Shown here: piece after piece, positions 36,153 through 48,239 of the stretch
Numbering within the stretch: the stretch's first letter is position 1
Layout: every line of letters begins with the position of its first letter
NCBI GenBank assembly: GCA_013265495.1
Contig: MU057959.1
Coordinates: forward strand, 199,202-263,201
Reading direction: 5' to 3'
DNA from: Vicugna vicugna
Lineage: Eukaryota
DNA length: 64,000 nucleotides
Made by a program: the position numbers and the translations under genes
The notes under the pieces: generated by a model
The model's input: only the letters and a program-made list of their open reading frames with translations
Told to the model about the DNA's origin: nothing
Databases searched by the model: none

Positions 36153-38039
36153 AACTTTATTATAAAAAAAAACTTTAAAAAAGAAAATATAGAGTATAAT
36201 GCTCTTTTAATAAATTCTAAATCTGTAAACAGGCTGTGTAGTCCTTTACATGGGTGTGGGTGCACATAGACACGCGTGCACACACGTACACATGTACATA
36301 TGCAGTTCTAAACTTGAAACACTGAATCCTGTCAGAAATGAGGAATTGGGTTCGGTGCGTTCTGACTTCAGACATGCTTTTCTTTCGAAGAACTTGACTT
36401 GAGGAAGCTGTAAGTCCCTAAAGATTTAAGAACTAGATGTTAAGCCATTAAGACAAATGAGTTCAGAGACTGAGATGAAGCAGCCAGAGATTAATTGCCC
36501 GTCAGGAAAGGGAAGACGTGAACTCTATCCAGACACATCCAGGAACTGAACGCAAGCAAGTTATGTTTGTGTTCAGTTATTGGATACAAAATACAAAAAA
36601 AAAAAGTTTTTTTAGGAAAGCTATTCTGGGTTTTTTTTCCCCTCCTCTTTAGGAAACCTCTCTGATCAAAGTGACTTCCACCAAAGTGACGTCTAAATGA
36701 CATTGTCAGTAGCACTATTAAATCACACCGTTAAATTCGCTTTGCAGGCGAGTCCCTGCAGTTACCTACTGTGTAATGTCTGCTCGTCAATTGTATGCCC
36801 TTCTGTTTCCTGAGGTTCATCATCAAATAACCTCACATAAAATACAATTTGAAGCCAGTCGACAGAGCTCATCTCTTTTCCAGTCATGCTATGTCTTGTA
36901 AATTCTGCCTCTTCCCACGGGAAGACAGTAAAATGGGACAGGGTTGTTTTGGTAGCAGACCTCCAAGTTAAATTAGGACAAATTGGTCATAGCCGTTATT
37001 TCATTATGAAAAAAACACAAATATATATGTGCTCATCACATAACTTTAAGTACGCAAAATAAATTTCCTGTAGTTCCTCCAATTTATAGCTGCAGAATTC
37101 AAACTCAGGAAAAGTAAGTGCTGTATTAAGGGTGATGCCACCACCAGACATGAAACTGCGATGACTGGCTGTCAGATGCTAATTTTCCATGCACTGTCTA
37201 TTTACATGCTGAATGTTATGCATGGGAATTAATGTTTGCAATGGAGGAGGGTGTTTATATGCTCAGAAACTTCATCTATCAAACCTCCAGAATTTGCTTC
37301 CTGAACTTTGACAATTATAGATAATCTTAACATTTGTATTCGACATCCGTATTATAATTCATTTTGCACTGGTGGTATTTTTGTGCAGTTATACTAAAAA
37401 AAAAGAAACCTTAATCATTACATTCATGGAGTAGGAGATGGACAGGGTAAACTTTGAATCATAGGAAATCTTTTAATTGTGAGAAAATGATGACTGTAAT
37501 ACAGAGAATAATTCTAGAATGCAGATATTAAAAAAAAAAAAAACTTGGAAAAGTCTGAGCTAGAAAACAAACATAGTAAATTCGCTTTCAAGCTGCAAAT
37601 GGTCAAACAGTTGTACCGTATAAAAAACATATCTTTATTTGTCCACATGTTTGCAAGATATACTGTGAAGTGTCCCTGGGAGCCAATGATGTGCTATTAG
37701 CGAAAATTGCACACAGTGACGTATAAAATAAGCCAGGGTCTTCTGGAAATTACAAATGATATGTTACCTTCAAATTCAAGAAAAGCAGTAATCACTGGAA
37801 TGGGGATCAGAGAAGATTTTCAGGCAACAGGGCTGAGCCACGGAAAGGAGAAGGTCCCTCACGATGGGTGATGAGAAAATGTGTTGCTTGCAAAAGGAGG
37901 TCATGATCAGAGATGGACTGCAGAAATGGGAAATTGGAGTAAAACCTTCTGTACACCAGCAAGGATGGACTGTCTTAACCTACCTGTTAGTATTTTGAGG
38001 AATTATAAAGATACCTTTTGTATGTATGTAAAAATAGAC

Positions 38040-38270
38040 ACACAGTATGTATATATATATGTACACACACATATATACATTGTATATATATTATATATAA
38101 TACGTATTATTGGTATGTTTACTGTATATATATATATATATATGCAATCTGTATAGCCTCTCTCTATGTATAATATAAACATATCTCTGTATATACATGG
38201 AATCTCTCTCTAGAATATATACAGTGTATTTGTATGAGTATATATGTATATATATACATATATATAATCA
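38040..38270. repeat. (TA)-rich low-complexity region
   Basis: Directly visible. Confidence 0.85.
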
Positions 38271-39551
38271 GATTGTGTTTATAGAAGAACATAATAAATC
38301 TCTTTCAGGAAGGTAAAAATCTCAGACCACAGAAAGAGAGACTGGAGTTTCTGTATCCAAACTGACCCAAGAAGTTACCTGAACGTCCCTCTCAGAGGCA
38401 AGTTATAGAATGATCTCACGTGGGCTTCTTAGGATATGACATAGTTATGGTCCTTAAAAACTATTGAGAAAAGTCTTTGAAGCTCACAGTGATGTTAAAT
38501 TCATGGATGCGTAGAAGATACTGTCATTGTAACTAGGCTCTTTTCTCTTTCATTGTTTTAAAAGAAATTCTGTTAAGAGAATTCCTGTATCAGATCATTT
38601 TTCTGCCAATTAAAAAAAAAAATCAGGCAAATGGACTAGTTTACATTTTCAGCCAAATGTGCTAATGTGGCCATTTAAAAGTGTTGATTACAACTAAACC
38701 TTTCGGTCATTTATGATGGAACTGAGGTGTAAAGTTATGTTCTTGGAAACACATTTTTATTTCTATGTTGAGGAGTAAGTAAGATTAACTATCGTCAGCC
38801 CCCAAAGTGGGCACGTAAATGTGTCGAATGAGTAGGGAGCATAGCAAAATGGTGCTGTGTATTTTTTATCTTTTGTTAACCTCACATTTTTTTGCAAGTC
38901 GATGGGCATTCTTTTTTCTTTTTTTTTGAAGGTAGTTCAAAATCATCTTTTTGTTTTGTTTGTTTTGTTTTGTTTACCTCTTTTATTGATCGATGATCAT
39001 TCTTCAGTTGATGTCAACCATGACATGCAGGGCGTTTGTAAGCTCAGTGGATTGACCATGAGAGGCCAAGTACCCCGTGCTGAAATGTAAGCCCATGTTT
39101 TTATTTAACACTCTCAGAGTTTTCTACTAGGTCTTCAGAATTGGACTGAAAAATACCATTTCTTTAAACGTATTCATCCTTGCAGCATAAGCAGAGATCT
39201 TTGGCCAAGTGCGTGTGATCCACCTTATAATGTGTGACCCTTCCTATGAAGGGGAACAGTTGGAAATAGTAATCAGATTGGCTAGTTCTTTCTGAATTAA
39301 CCTTAAATTGGGGCGGGGGGATCTCCACACATTCACGGCTCAAAAAAGTTAGCTGTATCGTTGGAATCGGATGAATGTTTGTTAATGCTCCCATCCAAGG
39401 AATGACCGAACTCCTTTCCCCAGAGGCACTAAAATGTGGGGTCTCAGGAGAACAGTGCGGAACGATGATTTCTCCCACGCCGCGCCCGTGGGGCACCTGA
39501 GAAGGCCTACTGCGTTCATGGGTCTTTGCTTTCCTCTTTTCACGTCACGGT

Positions 39552-40013
39552 TGTCTGGATGAAAAATTAATCTATTGATCTAAGAAAGAAACAGAAAATT
39601 TTATTCGAGCCAGATTTGAGGATTATAACCCGGGAAGACCATCTCAGAAAGTTCTGAGAAGTGTTCTGCCCGTTAGAATTCAAAACTTGCATAAGTTTTT
39701 CGAGACAGAGGGCTGTGCATCAAATGACGTAGAGCTGACAGTTTACAGAATCCAGGTGTGAGCGTCATCCTTGTGGCTCACCTGACCCCTTCCAAGCTCC
39801 AGAAGGAACGTTCTCTTTAAGGCGCTGTCTTGTTGATGCTGGGAGAATGTTGCTCTTTATGGCTGAGCAAGTGTTCCTGCCGATGGGGGAAGATTGCACC
39901 ATGCCTACCGCAGACACGCAGTGCAAAGTGTGGGGAGAGAAAGCCAAAGGGCAGAGAAGAACTTTTTATGTAAATTTTCCATGTCTTGCTGTAAAATACG
40001 AATTTTCTTCACA
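39552..40013 (-). mobile_element. Solo ERV1-class LTR
   Basis: TG...CA ends; TTTATT near 39600 (AATAAA on minus strand); gagccagatttgaggattataacccgggaaga...tctcagaaagttctgagaa resembles laurasiatherian ERV1 LTRs. Confidence 0.65.
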
Positions 40014-40174
40014 ATTGCTAAGTAAGGTTACTTCCTGTCTCCATTCACCTCCTTGAGATGATGGGGTAGGTACACCATTCCTGTCTGGGATGGTACCACA
40101 CTGCTGCCAACACGCATCCTTGGAGATCTCAGGCAGCCACGGAGTGTGGAGGAACACAGAAAAATTTCCATTAG

Positions 40175-40529
40175 GGGCTAATTTTACCATCTCCACTTGA
40201 CTGGGCCAAGGGGCCCTCACATGTTGGTTTAAACATGGGTGTGTTGGTGAGGGTGTTTCTGGACGAGGTTAACATTTGAGTCTGTAGGTTGAGTCCAGCA
40301 GATTATTGTCCCTGCCTGACGTGCCTGGCACGATTCAGTCCACAGAGGACCTGAACAGAAGGAGAAGGCAGAGGAAGGGTGAATTCAGTCTCTCTTCTCC
40401 TGCCTCTGCACTTGAGCTTGGACGGGACATAAACCGTCACATCTCCTGGGTGACAGAGACAGAGATATGTAGATTTCTCGTAATAGGTTCTCTTCCTTTG
40501 AAGAACCCCAACCCACCTAACTAATACAG
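40175..40529 (+). mobile_element. MLT2-like (ERVL) solo LTR, internally deleted
   Basis: ctaatttt...acttgactgggccaaggg...gtgagggtgtttctggacgaggttaacatttga...gaagaaccccaa...ctaataca. Confidence 0.8.
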
Positions 40530-42929
40530 GGGGCACTTTGGGGCCAAGAGTTATAAAAAGTGGAATATCCCATGTAATCATGTCACATTTTGGACATCTT
40601 CAGGGTTGGTTGACCCAAGGATTGTGGGATCTGTTCTGATATGTTCGTGGGGGCCCAGATAGGCAAACCATTTTGATGAGAATCAGGAGTTCTGTACAAA
40701 GAATTTTCTCTTTTCCCTCACTGTTTTGAGATATCCTCCCAGACATAAATGTAGTAAAACAAGAAACAAAAACCAAACCAAACCAACACAAACAAAAACC
40801 CCACCAAAAACCAGTTTATAACTCTCTGAGTCTAGAAATTAAATCCATTTTACCTGTGAATACAAATAATGTTTTGGATCATTGTAAGACACGTTGAATT
40901 TTCAAGGAAGTCATTTAATTATGTAAATTTGGGGGCGGGGAATGACATTTTGTTTCCTTTAAAGCTCTTTCCTAAGGAAACCTTTCTTTCAAGACAGAAC
41001 TCAGAGCAAATTCCACCCAGGTTGCAAGTATAAATTCTACTGGAAGCGGCAGTTCTTTCTGCACCACTGAGGTGCTAAAGGAACCGAGCTCCTCAGTAAC
41101 CATTCAAAACTCACCTGGATCCTGGTACTAAGTGAAAGCATTTCCCGCATTTTACATACAGTCGCACTTGGTCGATAACAGGTGAACGTTTGACTGTGAT
41201 TTTGTCTCACCCAGATTGTTTCCCCTTAGGGCGGGGAAAGAGGTGGGGAGAGAGTTTCTTCCCTGCAAAGAAGAATTTATGGAAAGATAAAAGCCTGACC
41301 ATCACAAGATTATTCTATTCTTCATTTTTTTTGTTGTATTTCTTCTCTGCCCGCCCTGCCACGTTCAGACACCAAATATTTCCATTGGCCGTTCTTTCTA
41401 GTAAGTTCTTCTGTTTTGGAAATTCAAATGGCAGGCACGCTGTGTCATCATTGACGGTTAGACGGTGTTGCCCCCTCCCCGAAAAAATGGATGATAATGC
41501 AATTCAGGATGCCCAGACTTACAGCCTGTGCTTTGTCTGAAACCTCCCTGGCCAGAATGAGAAGCAGAATCAGGCAAGTTCTGAACGCAGGGCAGAAACC
41601 TGACGCAGTAGATGAATATATGACATTCTCTCATGCGATTTCAAGAAGGCTATTATCTGCAGAAGTGGCCTTAAGAGCAATCTATGATTCATGAATTGCT
41701 CCAAATGCATCTTTCAAAAGAAAAAAGAAAAACCAAAAAGATGGAACGTCCTTTGAAACAGTTGCTGCGACCCGTCTCGGTGAGGGTCGAAGCAGTTCCA
41801 GGCCATTCATCACCATACACACCCTTCTTGAGTAAAATTGCTAGATAATGGCATTGAAAGCATTGAAATTGCCTTGAAATAGCCACAGAGCCCTCCTGTG
41901 AAAGGCGACCAGGGGAAGAGTGTGGATCTGGGATGTGGGAGAAGGAGAGGAGGCCGTGGACGGAAACGGAGTGATCGAGCCCCACACAGAAAGGATGTCC
42001 CTGTCCTGTATATTTCCGTGGGTCAGCACATCCCCTCGTCTTGTTAATGCCATCGGGAGATACAGAGATGGCTTCTATGCGCCCCACCTTGGATCTCGGG
42101 TGCTGGGCTCTTGGAGAGCTGGGGTGCCTCTCGGCGGGGTCCGCTTTCTCATCACTGCAGACCCACACCTCTAAGTGGCCTCTGACACCTCGCACGTCTG
42201 TAGGGTGTGACCCAACTTATCATGGGGTCTGGGCTGTCAACATGAGCCCTTTTCCTGTAGACTTCTCAGCAGTGTCTGTGGGTGGCAGAGGGCTCCTCCG
42301 GTAAAGGAGAATCAGAGCAGTTCTGCGGCAGGAGCCACTCAGGAGGAGGGCTGGGGGGAAATTACCTCTGGCATCAGAGTAAGGAGGTGGGAGGCGTGTG
42401 GTGGGGCGGAGAGAAAATACTGTCCACCCTCTTGGGTCATTTGACCTATTAACATCGTGTCTGCTCTATTGCGCATCTATCTCAGCATTAAAAATCCTGA
42501 CAGAAAACAAGTGCCAACGTAAGACGTAGATGCATTTAAAGTGCTTGGAAATCTGAAAATGCCTGTCTTCCACGTGACTTTTAACAGCACATAGAGTCAA
42601 AGACGTCCTCCGTGGCTTGTACTTTGGAGAAACAGTTTTCCAGATTGGAAGTAATCAGTGAAGCACCGCCTTCCCGAGATGCTGCTGTTTTCCTGGTTGT
42701 TTAGTGACTAACGGAAGAGGACTCTTCCTAAAGTGTAGACCATGTGAAACCAAAGGAACCCATTCTTCCAATAGCAACTAGGTAGTGAATTCCCGCTCAG
42801 GGCTGGGCAGTATTGAAACCCTGTGGATTTAGCAGGAAACAAAACTGTCATGGCAGGTGCGTTCACGTGAGTGACATGGACCCGGCTGGGAGGTGTTGCT
42901 ACTGAAGGAAAACTCAGGATTTTGCTTTT

Positions 42930-43580
42930 TGTTTTTTCTTTTTCTATTTAAAAAAAAATTATATTGCCTTATAGTCAGTTTACAATGTTGTGTCAATTTC
43001 CAGTGTAGAGCACAATTTTTCAGTTATACATGAACATACATGTATTCATTGTCTCATTCTTTTTCAATGTGAGCTACCATAAGATCTTGTATATATTTCC
43101 CTGTGCTGTACAGTATAATCTTGTTCATCTATTCTGCATATGCCTGTCAGTATCTACAAATTTTGAACTCCCAGTCTGTCCCTTCCCAGCCCCCTGGCCC
43201 CTTGGCAACCACAAGTTTGTATCTATGTCTGTGAGTCTATTTCTGTTTCGTATTTACGGTTTTTTTTTTTTAAGATTCCATATATGAGTGATCTCATACG
43301 GTATTTTTCTTTCTCTTTCTGGCTTACTCCACTTAGACTGACATTCTCCAGGAGCATCCATGTTGCTGCAAATGGTGTTATGTTGTCAGTTTTTATGGCT
43401 GAGTAGTATTCCATTGTATAAATATACCACTTCTTCTTTATCCAGTCATCTGTCGATGGACATTTAGGCTGTTTCCATGCCTTGGCTATTGTAAATAGTG
43501 CTGCTATGAACACTGGGGTGCAGGTGTCTTTTTCAGTTAGGGTTCCTTCTGGATATATGCCCAGGAGTGGGATTCCTGGA
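42930..43580 (-). mobile_element. Young 5'-truncated camelid-type L1
   Basis: ORF 43223-43513 is the L1 ORF2p terminus ([40 protein letters not shown]); complete 3' UTR; probable TSD TTTTGCT(T/C)TT. Confidence 0.93.
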
Positions 43581-43919
43581 GTTTTGCTCTTAAACGTAAT
43601 ATTTTGAGTGGATCATTTCAGTGTTATATAAAAAGTCATATAAAAAGTTATATAAAAAGACTTGGTTTCACAAGTCTTGCATTCAGGAAAAGAGGGTAAT
43701 TTGGGACAATGGGCACAGCAGTAGCATGAAGAAACAGGACCCTCTTTCATGCCCCAGTCTCACTGGGAACACCTTCTGCCATTTTAGAATTAAATACTGG
43801 CCACTGTCCATTCTTCATGACCACCTGGAGACCGTCTGTTTTCCCCCACATATGAAGCTTCTGTTTCTTTCCCCATATGTGTGTATGTATTTATACACAC
43901 ACACACACGCATTTTTACC

Positions 43920-44260
43920 TGTAATATCATACACGTAATATGAATTTTACCACTGTAACCATCTGAAAAAGTACAGCGCGGTGGCATTTAGAACATTTAC
44001 CACATTGTGGAAACATCATCTCTGTCTGCTTTCAGAACGTTTTTGTTACCCCAGAAGGAAACCGCGTACCTCTCAGCACTCGCTGCCCTACCCGGCCCCT
44101 CCACCCCTGCCCCTGGAGTGTAATCAGCCTTCAGCACCTAAGAATGTACCTATGCTGGACGTTTTCAGCACGTGGGATCTGACAGCGTATGGCCTTTTGT
44201 GCACCTACTGTGATGTTCTCAAGGTGCTCTGCCTCGTACCATGTCATCGGACCTTCACTC
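43920..44260 (-). mobile_element. Old L1 (L1MB-like) 3' UTR
   Basis: ttaccactgtaaccat...aagtacagcgcggtggcatttagaacatttaccacattgtg...ttcagaacgttttt..accccagaaggaaacc. Confidence 0.75.
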
Positions 44261-45626
44261 TTTTCTGTGCTGTGTGCCGTCGACACGAACAGAGAGACCT
44301 CGCCGGAGGAGAAATACGTGGGGTACCCAACCATTCGAAAAGGAACCCGAGTCCCGGGAAACCCCCAACTGGGAGTCAACCACCTTCCAATGGGAGAGCA
44401 GCCGACACCCCTGGCTCTGCAGCTCCGTGTCCTGCTTCACGTCCGCACGTGATCGTGCTTCTGACTTATTAAAGGGCTGAGAGCAACTCTCAGTGAATGG
44501 AGCTCTTCTCTTTGGTCCATCCCAGCTTCCTAGAGAATTTCCTCTTATTTAATAACTCAGGTCTGTCAAGTGTCGCCGGCTCACCCGGAAGCAGAGAAGA
44601 GGGCCTTTGTCTGTCGTGGAATCAGCATTTTAATTAGCAAGCCCTTCCCGGAGAATCAGACCTGCGTTTTCCTAACTTAGGGGGCATAAGCTTCCAGGGA
44701 ACGTTCCAGACCCGGAAGGGCACACTTGCAACGTTTAGAAAGGGTCTTGAGGCTCCTTTATAATTAGCTTCTGAAAACCTTCAAACAAGGTCGCGGTAGA
44801 TTCATAAGGAGAACAGGTCCACTTGAAACGCAAACCATTTAAAACTGGAAAAACAGCGGGATGTGACGGCTGCCTAGTGGAAGCTACTCAGTGGGTATTT
44901 TCAAACAGACACCACCGCTCGTCCCGGCTTCTCCCCCGAGACGCGCGCCCTGCCCGTGGTCCAGCCGCCCCGCACCTTCCCTCTTTCTCTGAACGCTGAA
45001 GCCGGTCAGCGCGGTACGAGCCAGGGCCACGGGGGTGTTTGCTCAGGGCGAGCTCCCGGGGCAGCATTCAGCTTTAAAACGTCGTGCCCAGAACTAACAC
45101 CCTGGACTTGTGGCTGTTGCTTGAAAACAGAGATGCGCTTATAAATAAATGTTCAGGGAGTACCGGCTTCCTGTCTTTTCCCTTTTCAATACGATGGCGA
45201 GCATATCTATTTAATGGAAAATACCAGAGTTTAAAGCTGTAAAGTTGTCTTACGGATTATTGTATTCAACTGTGCTCTAAAGATGAAAAAACTGATTTCT
45301 GCGGATGTCCAGAAGTGTGTCCAGGGTCTCGCAGCAAAAAGGTTGTCACTGCCAGGTCGAGCTCAGAGCACTGAACTTTCAATGCAGAACTTTCATGTCT
45401 GTCGCTAATATTGGGGGAGAAATGGGGGAAAAAAGAGATGGGAAGGAGGGTTGTATGGTGTGAATTTTTCGTTCGGGCCATTGTAGTAGGGTGAGGGATG
45501 CAGGAGAAGGATTTGAGAAGCTCAGTTTGCAGATCTGTCCTTTACAGGGCAGAATGCACGTTCCCACCCATCCCCCTGCGTCTATAATCTTGGTGTTTCT
45601 CAGTCACCATCTGGAGGTGAACATAA

Positions 45627-46250
45627 CATGGAAACAGAATTGAAACTGAGTCCCTCTAAAACCGACTCCCTTACTGAGTTTAGGATGAACCTCTCTGTCC
45701 AAAACTTTACTCCCTTTCTTGTCCCATCCCCTGTTCCCCTCAGGATTGAGGCGTGTGAAAGAAAAGAGGGGATTGAAACCGAGCAGGACCCACCAGCCCC
45801 TCCCCGTCCCCTGTTTCTTGTTCGTAGAAAAAGGTTTTAGTTTCCAGGACCTTCCCCAAGTCCTGAAAGGCAGACTCACGCAGTTAATGGTCAGGACAGT
45901 AGAGTCCCAGGACCCCAGTCCCTTCTGAAGGGACACACATGACAATATGATGCATGTCTTGAGGTGATCTGCAGAAACTAACACCCCATACTGACCTGAT
46001 GATTGAGGTTCCAGAGACATCACCCTGTTCCCTCCCCACCAGCCAATCAGAGGACGGTCCCCCAGCTGACCACACATCCTGGGACCCTCTGGCCTCCACT
46101 GTCTTTAAAAACGCTTCTCAGAAAGCCATCGGGGCGTTCGGGTCTTTGGAGCAGAAGCTGCCCTGCAGATAAACCCTCACTTGGCTGCAAACACCACTGT
46201 CAGACTTTGGCTTTGTGCGCTGCCAGCCCACCGGCCCTTGCCAGGAAGCA
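45627..46250 (+). mobile_element. Solo ERV1-class LTR
   Basis: CCAAT (~46043), TATA-like CTTTAAAA (~46103), polyA-like GATAAA (~46168); homologous to 25213-25610. Confidence 0.75.
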
Positions 46251-46261
46251 GAATCAATTGC

Positions 46262-47045
46262 TTTTTTTCTCTTTTAAGTGAGGTTTTATTGAGAAATATT
46301 GAGAGTGCACAAAGCAGAAACACAGACCTCAGTGTTAAATTACACAGCGGCCCAAAGTAAAGAAATAAGGCAGCTGCACCCCTGGCGTCCGTCTGCTCCC
46401 CTCACCGACATCACCTCCCCTGCTCCATCCAAAAACAGCGCTATCCTGAGCGTTACGGCCATTGCCAGCCACCGTGGTGGACTTTGGGGTCATATCCAGG
46501 CTGAGGATATGAAAAATAAACCTGCCATGATAGATGCACCGTAGGGTCGTTCCCACATTTCAAGGGGCTCTCCCCGCCAGGCATGGAGATTCTGTCTCTT
46601 TCCTACATGCAGTAATGCCTGATGGGTTTTCAACGCTGGGAACCAGCTGACTGTCCCCGCTCAGTCTATGGAAGTTCCCTTTCGGCGCCTCCGGAGCAGC
46701 ACAGGGCGTCGTCAAACCGTTTCTCTGTAGCCGGCGTGTGTGTTGATGTGCGTGGCGGTTGTTACCATGTGTATTTTCCTGTGCACATGGAGTCACCTTC
46801 TTTCCTACGCTTACTGGTTATTCAAATACTGTGTTCTCTTTTGTGAGGCTCCTGATGAAGGCTTTGACATTTTGTCTCATTCCTGTGTCTTTTTTTCTTC
46901 TGGCTTCCACCATGGGCTTTATGAGCCCTCTCTGGTTACGTGTGTTATGAAATTCCGTGCCTGATGCCATGACTGTGTTTCATGCCCATCTGCTTACATT
47001 TGATGACGACCAGTTCTGAAACGTAACATCCTCAATTTACCAACA
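46262..47045 (-). mobile_element. Ancient L1 (L1M/L1ME-like) 3' region, highly diverged
   Basis: T tract then ttttattgag..aaagtgcaca-like terminus, followed by degenerate antisense L1 motifs. Confidence 0.5.
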
Positions 47046-47047
47046 TC

Positions 47048-47296
47048 TTTCTAATATAAATACTAAAAATAAAGATTAGGATTTGTGTGTCTGGCATTAA
47101 AACTTCACTTTACATTGGGATCATAAAAAAAAATACTCTGCAATACAATTTTATAGATCTGCGTGCACCATCAGTTTTCTAATGTAAATATTGCAAATGA
47201 GTATTAGGGCTTGTGTGCCTGGCGTTAAAATTTCACTTTACACTGAGCTCATTAAAAACACTCTGTAATATTATTTTATGGATCAGCGCCATCTGG
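47048..47296. repeat. Old ~128-bp tandem duplication
   Basis: tttctaat.taaata.t...attagg..ttgtgtg.ctggc.ttaaaa.ttcactttaca.tg...actctg.aata..attttat.gatc starts at both 47048 and 47176. Confidence 0.9.
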
Positions 47297-47299
47297 TAC

Positions 47300-47470
47300 A
47301 AGGATCTGGGATGACGGAGATGTTCCCACCATTGCTGTCCAGTGCCGTGGCCTCTGCCACCCCTGACCATGAGCACTTAGATGGGGCTAACTTAGACGGT
47401 GAACTTAAACTCTAACGTTACTCCGTTTCCGTGTGAATCGGCACCTGTGCCGTACTCAACAGGTGCTGCT
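47300..47470. mobile_element. MER3-like hAT MITE
   Basis: tctgggatgacggagatgttc...gctgtccagt..cgtggcc.ct.gccac...gagcactt.gatg.ggcta. Confidence 0.6.
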
Positions 47471-47671
47471 CTAAGTGCTACATAGTTGTACTTTCTTCCT
47501 TCATAACATTAACATTGTTTACGTTTCTCATTCGTAGCTTTGACATTGTTAACCAATCATTTATTCACGTAAGATGGATCTATTTCTGACGTCCCCACTC
47601 TGTTCCCTTCGTTTATTTTTTGATCTTTGTCCCGTTTTACTGACACTTAATTGAATAAAGTCTCAACATCC

Positions 47672-48232
47672 TGTAAGACGGCGAGCGCTCTTGTAAGGCA
47701 CGACCAACCCGTATCAAGTGCACATCAGTGCATGCTGATGAGGTGGGCTTATGCTAATGAGTTTGTGGTCATGGGTTTATGTTAATGAAGCGACGCTGGA
47801 GGGCCCCAGCGCAGCTTCCGGGTGGGAGCTGGTTGCCTTCAAGGCCGCCCTGCCCTGGTGACGAGAAGGTTGGAACGTCCGGCTTGACCTCTTGTCTCCC
47901 AAGGAGGAGAGAGGCCTGACGTTGAGTTCAGTGACCAATGGCCAGTGATGGAGACCTTATAAAATCCCATAAATATTAGGATTTGGAGAGATTCCAGATG
48001 GTAAACACCGGGAAATGCTGGGAGGGCGGGCCATCTGAGGACAGGGCTGTGGGTACCCACACACGGACGCCTAGTGGGTTCCAAGTGCAGGTGGCCCTCG
48101 AGGTTTCACCAGTGGTGTCTGAAATGGGAGCAGTGTTGTGAGACTGAGCTTTTCCCCTCGTGGGGTCGGTGTTACTGCTAGGAGTTTCCTTCAGAACCGG
48201 AGAACTGGTTGTCCCTGTAGAAAACACCGCCA
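47672..48232 (+). mobile_element. MER21-like LTR
   Basis: tatgctaatgag...cagcttccgggtgggagctggttgcc...ggagagaggcctga.gttgagttcagtgaccaatggccagtga...ttgtgagactgagc. Confidence 0.7.
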
Positions 48233-48239
48233 CACTCCC

